Positions 14,688 through 26,018 of a DNA stretch of 64,000 bases are shown piece by piece. This DNA comes from Chrysomallon squamiferum (Eukaryota > Animalia > Mollusca). The stretch is taken from assembly GCA_012295275.1 (NCBI GenBank), contig CM022672.1, forward strand, positions 1,798,001 to 1,862,000. The letters run 5' to 3'. The notes beneath the pieces were generated by a model. That model did not search any database. It was not told where the DNA came from and saw only the letters and a program-made list of their open reading frames with translations. The translations under genes were made by a program, and so were the position numbers. The stretch's first letter is position 1. Each line of letters opens with the position of its first letter.

Positions 14688-15327
14688 GAACAAAATAAAC
14701 CCACATCAATACCAGCTTACCTTAAAAAATGAAATCCTTCACGGCAGGCACTTACAAAAAAAAGATAACAGAAAACATGCTTGGGTCGAAAGATCCAATC
14801 AGAATCCTGTTATTAAAAAAGTATTTAAAAAAAAAACAAGCAAGAAAATTACTCAGTTTTACAGGTAATGCAGAAGTCGCATTGCAAGACACCAGATCTT
14901 CCAAATTGCAATTATAATGTGGGAAACTTATGAAAGAAAGAGAACAGAAAGAAAACTATAAAAGAGGTGCCAGGCATTATTCCCAGTGGAACATTGCTAA
15001 AGCGTTTTCAAATTAAGGCAGACTGCCAATAAATCCTTTGAAATGGTTCAAATAGACATGCACTGCTAGGAAACCATTAGATTTTATCAATAAATCTCTG
15101 TGAATCCTAGATTAATTCTCAAAAAAAAGAGAGAAAAAAAAAGAGAAGAGACTGAAGAAGATGAAGAAAGGATAGAAGGCAATGCATTGCCCATCATGAG
15201 AGAAAAATGATGTTAAGCATCATCTGACTTTGCCATGTGGTTGGCCAATTTGATGCATTTAGAGTCTTGCTAGGAACTGAACATTTTAAAATCTTTCAAT
15301 ACAACTATTTGCTAAATGGAAAAGGGA

Positions 15328-15362
<35 letters not shown>

Positions 15363-16221
15363 AAAAAGGATTTCAAAGCCAGTTCTCTAGTCAGTACAAA
15401 ACTGATGACTTAACCACAAAGGTTAAAAAGACTGGAACTTGTTTATATTTTATAAAAAGGTGTTAATAATAACTGAACACAAAAATCAATAACCTTTTAA
15501 CTATTTCAGCATTTAAGTACCATTTTTAAACTGTATAAATATTATCTAATGTCTATATTAAGAAAGAACTTTGAAGCTATATAACAGAGCTTTAAAGCTA
15601 ATTAATTAGTCTTAAGTATCATAGAAGCATTTTACATCAGTTAGAAAGAGATATTAATGTTAAATTTTATAAGCCAAATCACAGACAGTTTCATAAACAA
15701 CAACAGCAACAGTAATAATAATAATAACAATAACATTATAGCTACAACTGCTACTGCAACTGCTACAGCTACAGCTTCTAATATTTCTGCTTCTGCTACT
15801 TCTCCATTAGTACCAGCTGTTATTACTATTACTGCTTTATTACAGCTATTAAAACATATCACAAATAATAATAAATTAAATAAAGGTAGTAATAATAATA
15901 ATAATAATTAGAAAGACTGTAATAACAATAAAAGAATAAAAACAAATAAATCCCAACAATAACCTCTTTCATCACAACAAATATCCTATTTTTTTCTTTT
16001 ACTTTTTTCCTCTGTGTAAACAAGTTGGTTTGTTTTGTGTTAGTAGGATTATCTTCTTTCTTTTTTTTATCCCTCTAACAAACAAGAGTTTACAAAAAAA
16101 CTGCAGATCTGGTTGAGCACTTGGCAAATAAATCTGAGAAAATCCTGAATTAGTTTCAAGTAAAGAAGATGCTAGCACTATAACAACAACTTAGTATTAT
16201 ACTTCCAGTCAGGTCTGGATT

Positions 16222-16400
16222 GAGATCCAATTTAATGGTTAGACCATGAACTGAGGTTTGGTAAGTAACAAGATCAATCCTCAATGGTGCCTTTACTAGG
16301 ATATTACTCATTTCAGTCAGTGCTGTAAATATGTGCTCTCCTGTTTGTGGGAAAGTGTAAATAAAAGAATAATTAATTGCTTATTGATAAGAATAGTCTC
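16222..16400 (+). mobile_element. Degenerate tRNA-derived SINE (head plus core, Meta/MESC-like)
   Basis: A-box-like tttaatggttaga, B-box-like agatcaatcctc (16271), then cagtcagtgct...atatgtgctctcctgtttgtgggaaagtgtaaataaaaga...ttgcttattgataagaatagtc. Homologous to other copies in the window. The family assignment is from my recollection of the molluscan MetaSINE/MESC core, not from a search. Confidence 0.7.
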
Positions 16401-16929
16401 CTTAATGAATGTGATTATTTTATTAATTTAAAAAAAATGAAATAATAATAAAAGAAAACCAAATATATTTGATATTCCAGTACTTGACCATAAAACTGGA
16501 TTACCATAGACTTCTGTCTATGAGAAAGTGTATCTAAGAGATGTCATACTGCTAAACAGTACGAGTAGCCCCAATGGCTACAACATATAACTGACATGTA
16601 ATAATCAGAGTTATTAACATGTGCTGAGATGATTTAAACCTTTATTTGTTTCACCTGGAATCAAGCTGATTTTTGTGACAGACCTCTCTAGTAAAAACAA
16701 AACTTGTCCCCATGACAAGCATGCCTGAACTAGTCTCTAAAGGAAAAATGTCTGCAGGTAGTTTTGTGATGGAAACATGCTGTAAATTACAGATACCAAA
16801 TCATATAAGTAAAGGACAGAACGAAATATTTTATCTAATGATATATGAAAAATGTTTTAATTTATTATTATGTGGTTTTGGATATAAGATTAAGGATTAG
16901 ACAACAGTGTTGGATTAGACACAACAGGA

Positions 16930-17097
16930 AATAAAACCCATTTAAGTAGCAGCAAGGGATCTTTTATATGCAGCAATCCAAAGACACTGAGGCAAGTATT
17001 TTTGCAGTGGCTTTCTAGAACAAGAAAACATTGAAATGATCCACTGAGAGAGATTGATCCATAACCCACTGCACCTTGAACAAATGATCTGTCACCA
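16930..17097 (-). mobile_element. Degenerate SINE copy, same family, opposite orientation
   Basis: tagcagcaagggatcttttatatgca (16948-16973) is the reverse complement of the core tgcatataaaagatcccttgctgcta. It is followed by tccactgagagagattgatccataacccactgcacct, the reversed tRNA-like head. Confidence 0.75.
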
Positions 17098-18296
17098 TCA
17101 TGTGGTTGGGTATTTAGTAATACTCAACAAGAACTCTTTTGGCAGTACTTGAACATTTCTTCTTCTTTTTATTTTTATTTTTTTCTACAGAAAATCTCGG
17201 ATTATAATCTGTATAAAGACAGAACAAAGTGGAAAGATGTTAAATCTAGCTCTTCAGACTGAACTAATCATGGCAATGTCAACATGCCAGCTTAGCTTGT
17301 TTTGCCTTAAGGAAAAAAAATAACAGCTGATCTATAAAAAAAATTATAATTTTTATACATTTTTATTTTTTTTCAGTTTGTTCAGTGAAAAGGTATTAGT
17401 TTATTTTCGCCAAATCAATATGAATTTTTGCAGATATCTCAATAATAATATGAAATGAGAACCAGATGAACTTAGATTTCGACCTGAATACTTGTCATGG
17501 TTGAAGCATGCTTGCAATGAACTGACTGTCAAAACTTCAGTTCTTAATTTCTTTAAATGTGAATAGTTTATTGTATATAGACAACAAAAAATAAAAACAC
17601 ACTCAGGAATGTATATTTAAATGTAACAGGAATGTAACTAATTTAACCTTGAACTTTCCGACAATTCATTTCTTTATTTCTTAACATAAATGTATCTTTA
17701 TAAAGCTTTTTTCTATTTTGAATAAACATTCAATATGATGTAATAACAGAACAAACTGAGGCAGGGAATTTCAGTGAGAGAGAAAATAGATTTGTGAAGA
17801 TCACTGCCCGATCTGCACTACTTAATAAAACTTTCAATTCTCAACGTCTGACATTTGCAAACCAGAAAGTGCTGACTTTCCAACAACAAATAAATAAACT
17901 GAAAAGTTAAATCATTTTATTTTATTTTTTAACGACTTGAGTGGAAGTCATTGATTAACTTTCTGTCATCAGCTACTGAATCTACTGATTAACTGTTGCA
18001 GGTTTTTTTATCTGCTGGATGAAATAGGTTAGTTAACAATAGTATTGAAAAGAAACTTTTTATACATTTTCCTTTGAGAAATATTTTCTATGCATTTTTC
18101 TACAGAGGGAAAGCATGTGACTCAACTCTTGTTGACAGTTAAGGAGCACTGGTTTGATCAGGAAATAATATAAAGATAAACCCACTGACACACACTGTCA
18201 TTATGACAGATAAACAGATGAAACAACTGTAGCAGCTTTTTGTATCTCATGTTGGTGAATGTATGTGTTTGATATGTTTTTGTGTGTGAATATAAA

Positions 18297-18330
<34 letters not shown>

Positions 18331-18409
18331 TATGTTTGTTTTTTCTGTGTATGTATGCATGCATGCATGTATATATGGATTTATATATGTATTTATGTAT
18401 ATATGTATT

Positions 18410-18448
<39 letters not shown>

Positions 18449-18844
18449 TATTTATGTGTGTATGTAAGTATGTTTATGTACATTTATATATGTCTGTCTG
18501 TATGTATTTATGTAAGTTTTTGAGTGTGTGTGTGTGTGTGTGTCTGTTTCACAGATTTATATAAAACCAAGTCGTAATAACAATGTTTGTTTTCTTTTAA
18601 GCTAGGATTTCCCAGGAATTTACTCCACTAAGCATCAAATCTACAACTTCCTGGAGAGACACACACTCTAGTCTGTTTCCTTAATCTCCAGGGATTTGCA
18701 CACCTTTGGCATTTGGTTAAGTGGTGGCACAAGATCCCCCCAAAAAAAAAATCATGCAAGTATTTGAAGAGGATTGCTACAAATGCAAACAGCTGCAGGT
18801 AACCAGCGAGTCCCACCTGAAGATGATCGTAGAAGTTACTGATC

Positions 18845-19382
18845 TCTAGCAGGTGATGATGAAGAATGTTTTCAAAAAAAAAAAGAGAAAAAAAAGATTA
18901 AGATGAAGTAGAAAATAAAAAAAAAGGTAAATATTTTGAAAAAAAGAATCTGGCTGAACCTGCTGTCCATCTTAGAATCGTGGATTATGTATAGTTCTAG
19001 GATATGTGGATATAAAAGAAAATGCTTAGTAGATTATAATGAAAAATATTTCTAACAAAAATAATAATAATAAAATAAAATAAAATAAAATAAAATAATA
19101 ATAAGAAGACAAAAGATAATGCAAACAAATCCTTGGCTTAACCTGACAGTACATTTGGCTTAGGGTTTTGGCCTTGGTGTTGTTTGAGTAGATGTGAATG
19201 CAAAAGAAAATGCTTAGCAGATGATAATGAAGAATATTTTCAAGAAGAAAAAAAAAAAATACGAAGAAGAAGAAGAAAAACGATCTTGTTAAGGAGACCC
19301 TAGCTTAACCTGTCAATATATTGGCTGAGGATTTTGGTCTTGGTGTTGTTTGAGTACACACAAATGTGAAAGAAAATGCTTA
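18845..19382. repeat. Diverged tandem array, about 3.3 copies of 165-190 bp with an internal A-rich tract
   Basis: Anchor gaaaatgctta at 19018, 19206 and 19372. tagcagRtgatRatgaagaat at 18847 and 19215. gcttaacctg...ttttggYcttggtgttgtttgagta at 19136 and 19303. Confidence 0.85.
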
Positions 19383-20145
19383 AAGATCTGAGGTTATTTT
19401 TCAAAGTGTTATCATTTTTCACCCACTGCTTGTATGGTGATACTAATCTACACATTCTACCATCATCTTTGATGGTCTTTTGATGGATGATAAAGTATTG
19501 TAAACATATCACACTTTGAAATGTGAACTTCAAGAGAGAGTTAAAAAAAGAATGTATTTTATTATGAAATTAGCAGAAGATTATAAAACAGTCTTATGAT
19601 GAAAGAAAAAAAATAACATCGAGAAGAGCAAGGTATTTTTGTGATGTAAATTGTTGTTGGATTTTTTGCAGAAAACTGCTCCCTCTGTTATGTAAAGACA
19701 TTTTTTTTTTTTCTTTCTTTTTTGATGTTTTGAAGAAATAGAAGAATTTAAAAACCTCATGAAGTACAACCCTGTTAATAACAAACAGCTCGGCCAAAGA
19801 TATTTTTTAATTTGTCAAAAGCCATGGAAAACAGCTTCAACATCCATTTCTTCCAAAATTTTAAACTTTGAATTTTTTTCAACCATGTGTTTTAATTATT
19901 ATACTGAGAACATTTCTATAAAATTAATGGGTCACAGAAAACAGTGCAGAAGAGAATTAAAAACTCCATTGCTTCTGATAAAATAATTAAAATGTACACA
20001 ACAGTGAAATTTCTATTAATTTTGAATAGAATGTTATTTAGATATATTTTAAGGTAACAGATTTTTCATATAAATATATATGTATGAACATGTACCTGCA
20101 TATGAATATATTTATGACCTTCTCTACCCCTCATTTGTTTGTATA

Positions 20146-20186
<41 letters not shown>

Positions 20187-20906
20187 GCTTTCTGTAATAA
20201 CATCAAGTAGGAAATTGTAAACATTTAATACGACAATTAGATTTTTTTTATAAACAGAATAAACTGTTAATGATAGGAAAAGTGGATGTGAAAAAAACCA
20301 AAAACATTAAGCTTAATTTTTTAATTTTTTTAATTTTTTTTTTTTAAATAAAAACTATGACAAAATGAGTCATAAACATGAATCTTTTTTCTCTCTTCAT
20401 GGTAACTGAATTAACTACATCCTGGATCTAAAATTTTGATTTAATTCAGCTTAAACTATTTGTATTGCCTCTGAAAAAGAGCATTCCAGTGCCAGGAAAT
20501 TTGAATTAGAAATTATTTTTATTGCTATTTAAAACTACACAGCCTACAATGAAGTGCTAACACGTTGATATTTGTCTCTTTCAACCCTCATACAGCAAAA
20601 TATAAACAAATTATTTTATAAATGAATTAAAAACCACTAATTTGTATAAAATATCCTGCCAAAGATCCAACGTGTATTATAAATATTTCTTTTATTGCCA
20701 TTCAAAAGCAAAGAAAATCTTCCAGCTGTGTACAATACACCAACATTTTAAACATTCACACAAGATAAGAAAAATAGCTTTTAGGTGGTTTTCTTATAAA
20801 TAAATATTCCAAAATGATGTAAGATTGTTAAATTACATTTCAGAAAGCATGCACCATACATACAGTTTTTACTGCAATACCTCAAACTTGTTCAATTCAT
20901 AATGGT

Positions 20907-20942
20907 ACTTACCTAAAATAGAAAAGAAGAAATGGTAAAAAT
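20907..20942 (-). other. Juxtaposed 3'/5' splice-site motif (candidate recursive splice point)
   Basis: Minus strand reads ttttaccatttcttcttttctattttag|gtaagt: a long polypyrimidine tract and TAG fused directly to a consensus donor. Confidence 0.35.
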
Positions 20943-21439
20943 TATTATTATTAATTATTATTATTATTATTATTATTATTATGAATATTATTATGAATAT
21001 TATTACATATTTCTTGAAAAAAAAATGTGTGTGTGTGTGTGTGTGCCTAAATAACTGGTAACAACAACAAAAAAAAAAAAAAAAAAAAAAATTATCGAAA
21101 TAAGTATTAAAACAAAATTCCAAATACTGTATATGCAACCTAACAATGAAATAAAAAGTAAACTTTTACCTAAAATGTGAAAATAAAGCTATGAATGTGA
21201 AACACAACTGCAAAAATCATCCACATTATAAAAGTTTATTTTTTAATTTATATTTGTTAAATTATCAGTATTAGCATGTAAACTCCTCTTCATTTAACAT
21301 TTTGTAAATTCCTGTTAACATCACTGTTAACACATCTTAATGAAAATAAAAGTTTGAAGAAAGACATGTTTAATGCAAGTCCCATTTGGATGCCTACAAG
21401 TTGTCATCTGATTTGCAAAGCTCAGGCAATGAATATCTA

Positions 21440-22060
21440 GCAAAAATATTTATATGTAAATCAGAAAACCCACTCAATAATTCTATAGCTAATCTGTAAT
21501 TAAGGAAAATTATTTTGATGTAAACTGAAAAAAAAAAAAAAAAAATTATATATAAATATATATTAGTATATGAAAACAAAAAGTATGAAAACTTGTTTAT
21601 ATGTAAATTAGAAAATTATCAAACCAAATTTATATATGAAAACAAAAAGTATGAAAACTTGTTTATATGTAAATTAGAAAATTATCAAACCAAATTTATA
21701 TATGAATACAAAAACTAAAAAACCCATTAAATATGCTAGCTGAAACTTTAATAATCAAATTTATATGTAAATTAAAAACTAAAAAAAAAAAATATTCATA
21801 TAAAATGAAGAAGACAAATTTATGTATTAATGTAAAAGTGAGACAAAATATTCAGATTATAGACTGGGAGACTGGAAAATCTTCAAACTGATATATGAGC
21901 ACAGAATCAATAGCCGATATTTATTATGGATGGGAATTCAATAAATCAAATTTATTCATGAATACAAAAACCAATAACTAATATTTGGAAATTAAATCAC
22001 ATTCATTTCTGGACACAAGACCAATACAAATTATTTCTATGTAAATTGGAAGTCCAAGAT
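21440..22060. repeat. Decayed AT-rich tandem array containing an exact 66-bp duplication (21567-21706)
   Basis: tgaaaacaaaaagtatgaaaacttgtttatatgtaaattagaaaattatcaaaccaaatttatata at 21571 and 21637. Degenerate tttatatgtaaat(t/c)agaaa cores recur near 21448, 21760 and 22035. Confidence 0.8.
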
Positions 22061-22539
22061 AATTGGTCCAAATGTGAATTACATCAGGACAACTTTGTCA
22101 AGAAAATAATTTCATTTTCTTTGTCAGCGCAGGATCCTGATTAAATTTGCTTCGTTTTATTTCGTGTGACGGTTCATAGGATCAAAGCACTGTAAATGTT
22201 TACATGCTTCACACAGTCAACTTCTGTTATTAATAAAATTATCTAAAGTAACAACAAATATGTTTGAATGTTAGTGGTTATTTGATGTGAATTAAATGTT
22301 TCACTGTACAGTGAAAAAACAGGAACCTCACTGTAGTATCTATACAAACATATATATATATACACACAGACAGACATATATACACATACTCAGACACATA
22401 CCAATATACTCACAGATACATATAACATAAGTACATACATATGTACATATACACAGATGTATATTGATAAATACATACATACTCATATTCACATCAGATA
22501 CCATTAAAAAGATTTATGAAAAAATTAAATAACAACAAA

Positions 22540-22570
<31 letters not shown>

Positions 22571-23029
22571 TAAAAATAAATTAAAAAAATAATGTTCTAT
22601 GATATCAACTGACAGATATATTTCATCCTGTCTCTTGATAAAATTTATTCCATTACATCTTCCGAAACAAGTAATTTTTAATAAATAAAAACGCACATAA
22701 CAAATGCAATTACCACAGGCCCTGTGTTATATGTGTTAATCTCACCAGCACTCCACATCACAGCAACACCTGGAATTGTGTTACACTGTGTAACATTCTT
22801 CTTTGATCTTGTTGAATAAAAACACTACATCAGGTGCAGTCTGTGTACACTGACTGGTTCCGAATGCACCCAGCCAGCTGCATGTGATTTCCCCCAGATT
22901 TCAACCATAATGAACACACATGGGATAGAAAAAAAGAAAAAAAGAAAAAAAATGTTTTTCTGCAGTGAGCACTCAGTACATTTCTAACCCATTGTTACAC
23001 CTGGTCATATATAGATAGTTATAAATCTT

Positions 23030-23645
23030 GAGAGAAGAAACCCACTTCTAAGCTATGTGTTACTCCTCCTTATTAGCAGTAAGAAATCTTTTATATATAC
23101 CTTACCATTGGAAACGATATACAGTAGGCTAAAACAAAGCAGTCATTTTTAACTTGACCAGTCTGGATTATGAAAACAACAGAGAAGAAGCCCACTTTTG
23201 ATTTACGTTAGACTATTCTTTTTTAATTAGCAGTAAAGAAACTTTTGTGTGCACCATCCCATAGATGGGAAAGCCAACATACTGACTCCATGATAAAACT
23301 GTCATGGTGAATTGGCTGGGATCTGGAATAGCCCAACAAACAGTACACTGATCACATCAAAGCTTAATTCTAACCACTAATTTATTATACTCTCCATTTA
23401 TTAGGAAAGTGAGAGGATTCAGTAGTAAACCACTGTGAATTGAACACTGACATAAAACTCATCTCTTTATGTCTGTGAAACATGAAACAACCTAACAGAG
23501 CACCCAGAAGGACTGAACCAGTTATCTATCACACACCAAGTTCAGCTCTAATACTGACCATGTCTTTATGTCTACCAAACATGAAAAACAGGTTATCAGT
23601 GCACAAAGAATAATTGATCCAATAAACCCATCAACACTGACCTAA
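23030..23645 (-). mobile_element. Two adjacent degenerate SINE cores plus further reversed head fragments
   Basis: agagaagaaRcccactt...attagcagtaa.aaa.ctttt.t.t..acc at 23031 and 23181. The second continues gcaccatcccatagatggga...aactgtcatggtgaattggctggga. Head-like aattgatccaataaacccatc at 23612. Confidence 0.7.
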
Positions 23646-23682
23646 AATCCATTATTTCATGTTTGTAAAAGACTTCAGCCTC

Positions 23683-24673
23683 TAACAGTCAGAGTACATT
23701 GAGATGTATGTAACTGCCACACATGTATTCTTTGAACTAACAGTCAGAGTACATTGAGATGTATGTAACTGCCACACATGTATTCTTTGAACTAACAGTC
23801 AGAGTACACTGAGATGTATGTAACTGCCACACATGTATTCTTTGAACTAACAGTCAGAGTACATTGAGATGTATGTAACTGCCACACATGTATTCTTTGA
23901 ACTAACAGTCAGAGTACACTGAGATGTATGTAACTGCCACACATGTATTCTTTGAACTAACAGTCAGAGTACATTGAGATGTATGTAACTGCCACACATG
24001 TATTCTTTGAACCAACAGTCAGAGTACATTGAGATGTATGTAACTGCCACACATGTATTCTTTGAACTAACAGTCAGAGTACATTGAGATGTATGTAACT
24101 GCCACACATGTATTCTTTGAACTAACAGTCAGAGTACATTGAGATGTATGTAACTGCCACACATGTATTATTTTGAATCAACAGTCAGAGTACATTGAGA
24201 TGTATGTAACTGCCACACATGTATTCTTTGAACTAACAGTCAGAGTACATTGAGATGTATGTAACTGCCACACATGTATTCTTTGAACTAACAGTCAGAG
24301 TACATTGAGATGTATGTAACTGCCATACATGTATTCTTTGAACTAACAGTCAGAGTACATTGAGATGTATGTAACTGCCACACATGTATTCTTTGAACTA
24401 ACAGTCAGAGTACACTGAGATGTATGTAACTGCCACACATGTATTCTTTGAACTAACAGTCAGAGTACACTGAGATGTATGTAACTGCCACACATGTATT
24501 CTTTGAACTAACAGTCAGAGTACACTGAGATGTATGTAACTGCCACACATGTATTCTTTGAACTAACAGTCAGAGTACATTGAGATGTATGTAACTGCCA
24601 CACATGTATTCTTTGAACTAACAGTCAGAGTACATTGAGATGTATGTAACTGCCACACATGTATTCTTTGAAC
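23683..24673. repeat. Minisatellite, 18 copies of a 55-bp unit
   Basis: Unit taacagtcagagtacattgagatgtatgtaactgccacacatgtattctttgaac starts at 23683, 23738, 23793 and so on. Few variants: tacaCtgag in copies 3, 5, 14, 15 and 16; a 1-bp insertion plus substitutions at the copy 9/10 junction; ccaTacat in copy 12. No spacers. Confidence 0.99.
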
Positions 24674-25104
24674 CAATTTTCACAAGACGTCCTTCCTTTT
24701 ACGTGTAATAGTGTCAACTCAGATTGTAATTATTTGCCAAAGGCATCCTTACAAAGTTGCAGCAGGTCTAATAAGTCATCATTATCCACTTCTTTGCCTC
24801 TATTATACTCTCTTAGACTCGAGTCGTGGAATACACTTAATTTGGAGAGCCCACGTTTTAGTTGGTGCTGTATATGTCATTTATAAAGGAACGCCTGAAG
24901 GATTTTAAATTCTCCTTCGAAGTGGATGAAAAAAGAGTTAAATATTATGATAATAATATAAAAATATGAAAAAAAAACTGAAATTAGGTAGGTAGAAAGG
25001 TAGAAATACAAATTGGTAGATAACTAGATAGACAGATAAAGAAACAGACAGACAGACAGACAGTCAGAGAGACAGACATAGAGAGAGATGATGGGTAGAA
25101 ATAG

Positions 25105-25330
25105 AAAAGCATATTCTACAATCTGTGATAAACCAGTCTTTGGCACTGGGTTTGGAAACAGACAAAAAGGTACAGTGAACAGAATTGATCCTGGAAACCC
25201 TCATGCCTCAAAAACAATGCTCTGATGACTAGACTGTACTTACTTCATTGCTAAATTACTACATATTGACTGAATTACTGTGAGGAGAATTGATCCTAGT
25301 AACCCTAGAGAATTGATCCTAGATGACTAA
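25105..25330 (-). mobile_element. Degenerate SINE 5' half with duplicated B-box-like motif
   Basis: tgataaaccagtctttggcactgggtttggaa...gaattgatcctgg (25182). gagaattgatcctag occurs twice more, at 25285 and 25308. Confidence 0.6.
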
Positions 25331-25861
25331 GTGTGCTATCATACAACCAAACTGCACTTATTCCTATAGTCAGTGACCAAATTACTTCTCACTGTTTTTA
25401 ATGACAGAAGAAATAAGAATCTGTTTCCTGATTTGGATCTCTCTTGCTCTAACTGTGATACATGGCAAATCTATAAAAATTTACATCAAGACATTGGTTT
25501 CTGGATCACTGTAAGAGCTTGAGTGTCAGGCTGGGTCAGTGGTTTAGTGGGTTAGCACATCAAGCTGTCAGTTCTCATTGAATGGCTCATTGGATAAACA
25601 CTATTAACTGTCAGACTTGTTCAGAGTTCTCCATGGTTTGACACTGAGGAGCTACTTTGTCAGTGTGTGTGTGTGCATGTGTGTGTGTCTGTGTGTCTGT
25701 GTGTGTGTGTCTGTGTGTGTGTGTCTGCGTGTCTGCGTGTGTGTCTCTGTGTGTCAGTGTGTGTGTACTGTCTACCCTTATGTGTGTATAGACAGACAGA
25801 TGGAACTGATGGATGACAGAATGATTATGATGGACCAGCACCAAGTTAATGTTAGAATGTG

Positions 25862-26018
25862 TCGGTGGGTGGATGGATGGATGAATGAATGGGTGGATAA
25901 AAGGATGGATTGTATGGATGTATGGATGGATGTATATGAAGATAGACTATATAGACGGATAATGCATGGGTGAAGGTATGGATGAATAGATGAATGGATG
26001 AATGAATGAATGAATGGA
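25862..26018. repeat. Degenerate (GATG)n/(GAAT)n tetranucleotide repeat
   Basis: Direct inspection. Confidence 0.85.

Noticed and set aside
15641-15911. Ala/Thr/Asn-rich ORFs on both strands
   Set aside because: Degenerate trinucleotide repeats, like those at 5642-5870 and 61452-61685.
23683-24673. CRISPR-like appearance of the 55-bp array
   Set aside because: Units are contiguous and identical with no unique spacers, there are no cas genes, and the context is eukaryotic.
25530-25655. tRNA-like A-box strings (gtggtttagtgggttagcac, atggctcattggataaacac)
   Set aside because: No cloverleaf or intact B-box; at most decayed SINE heads, not tRNA genes.
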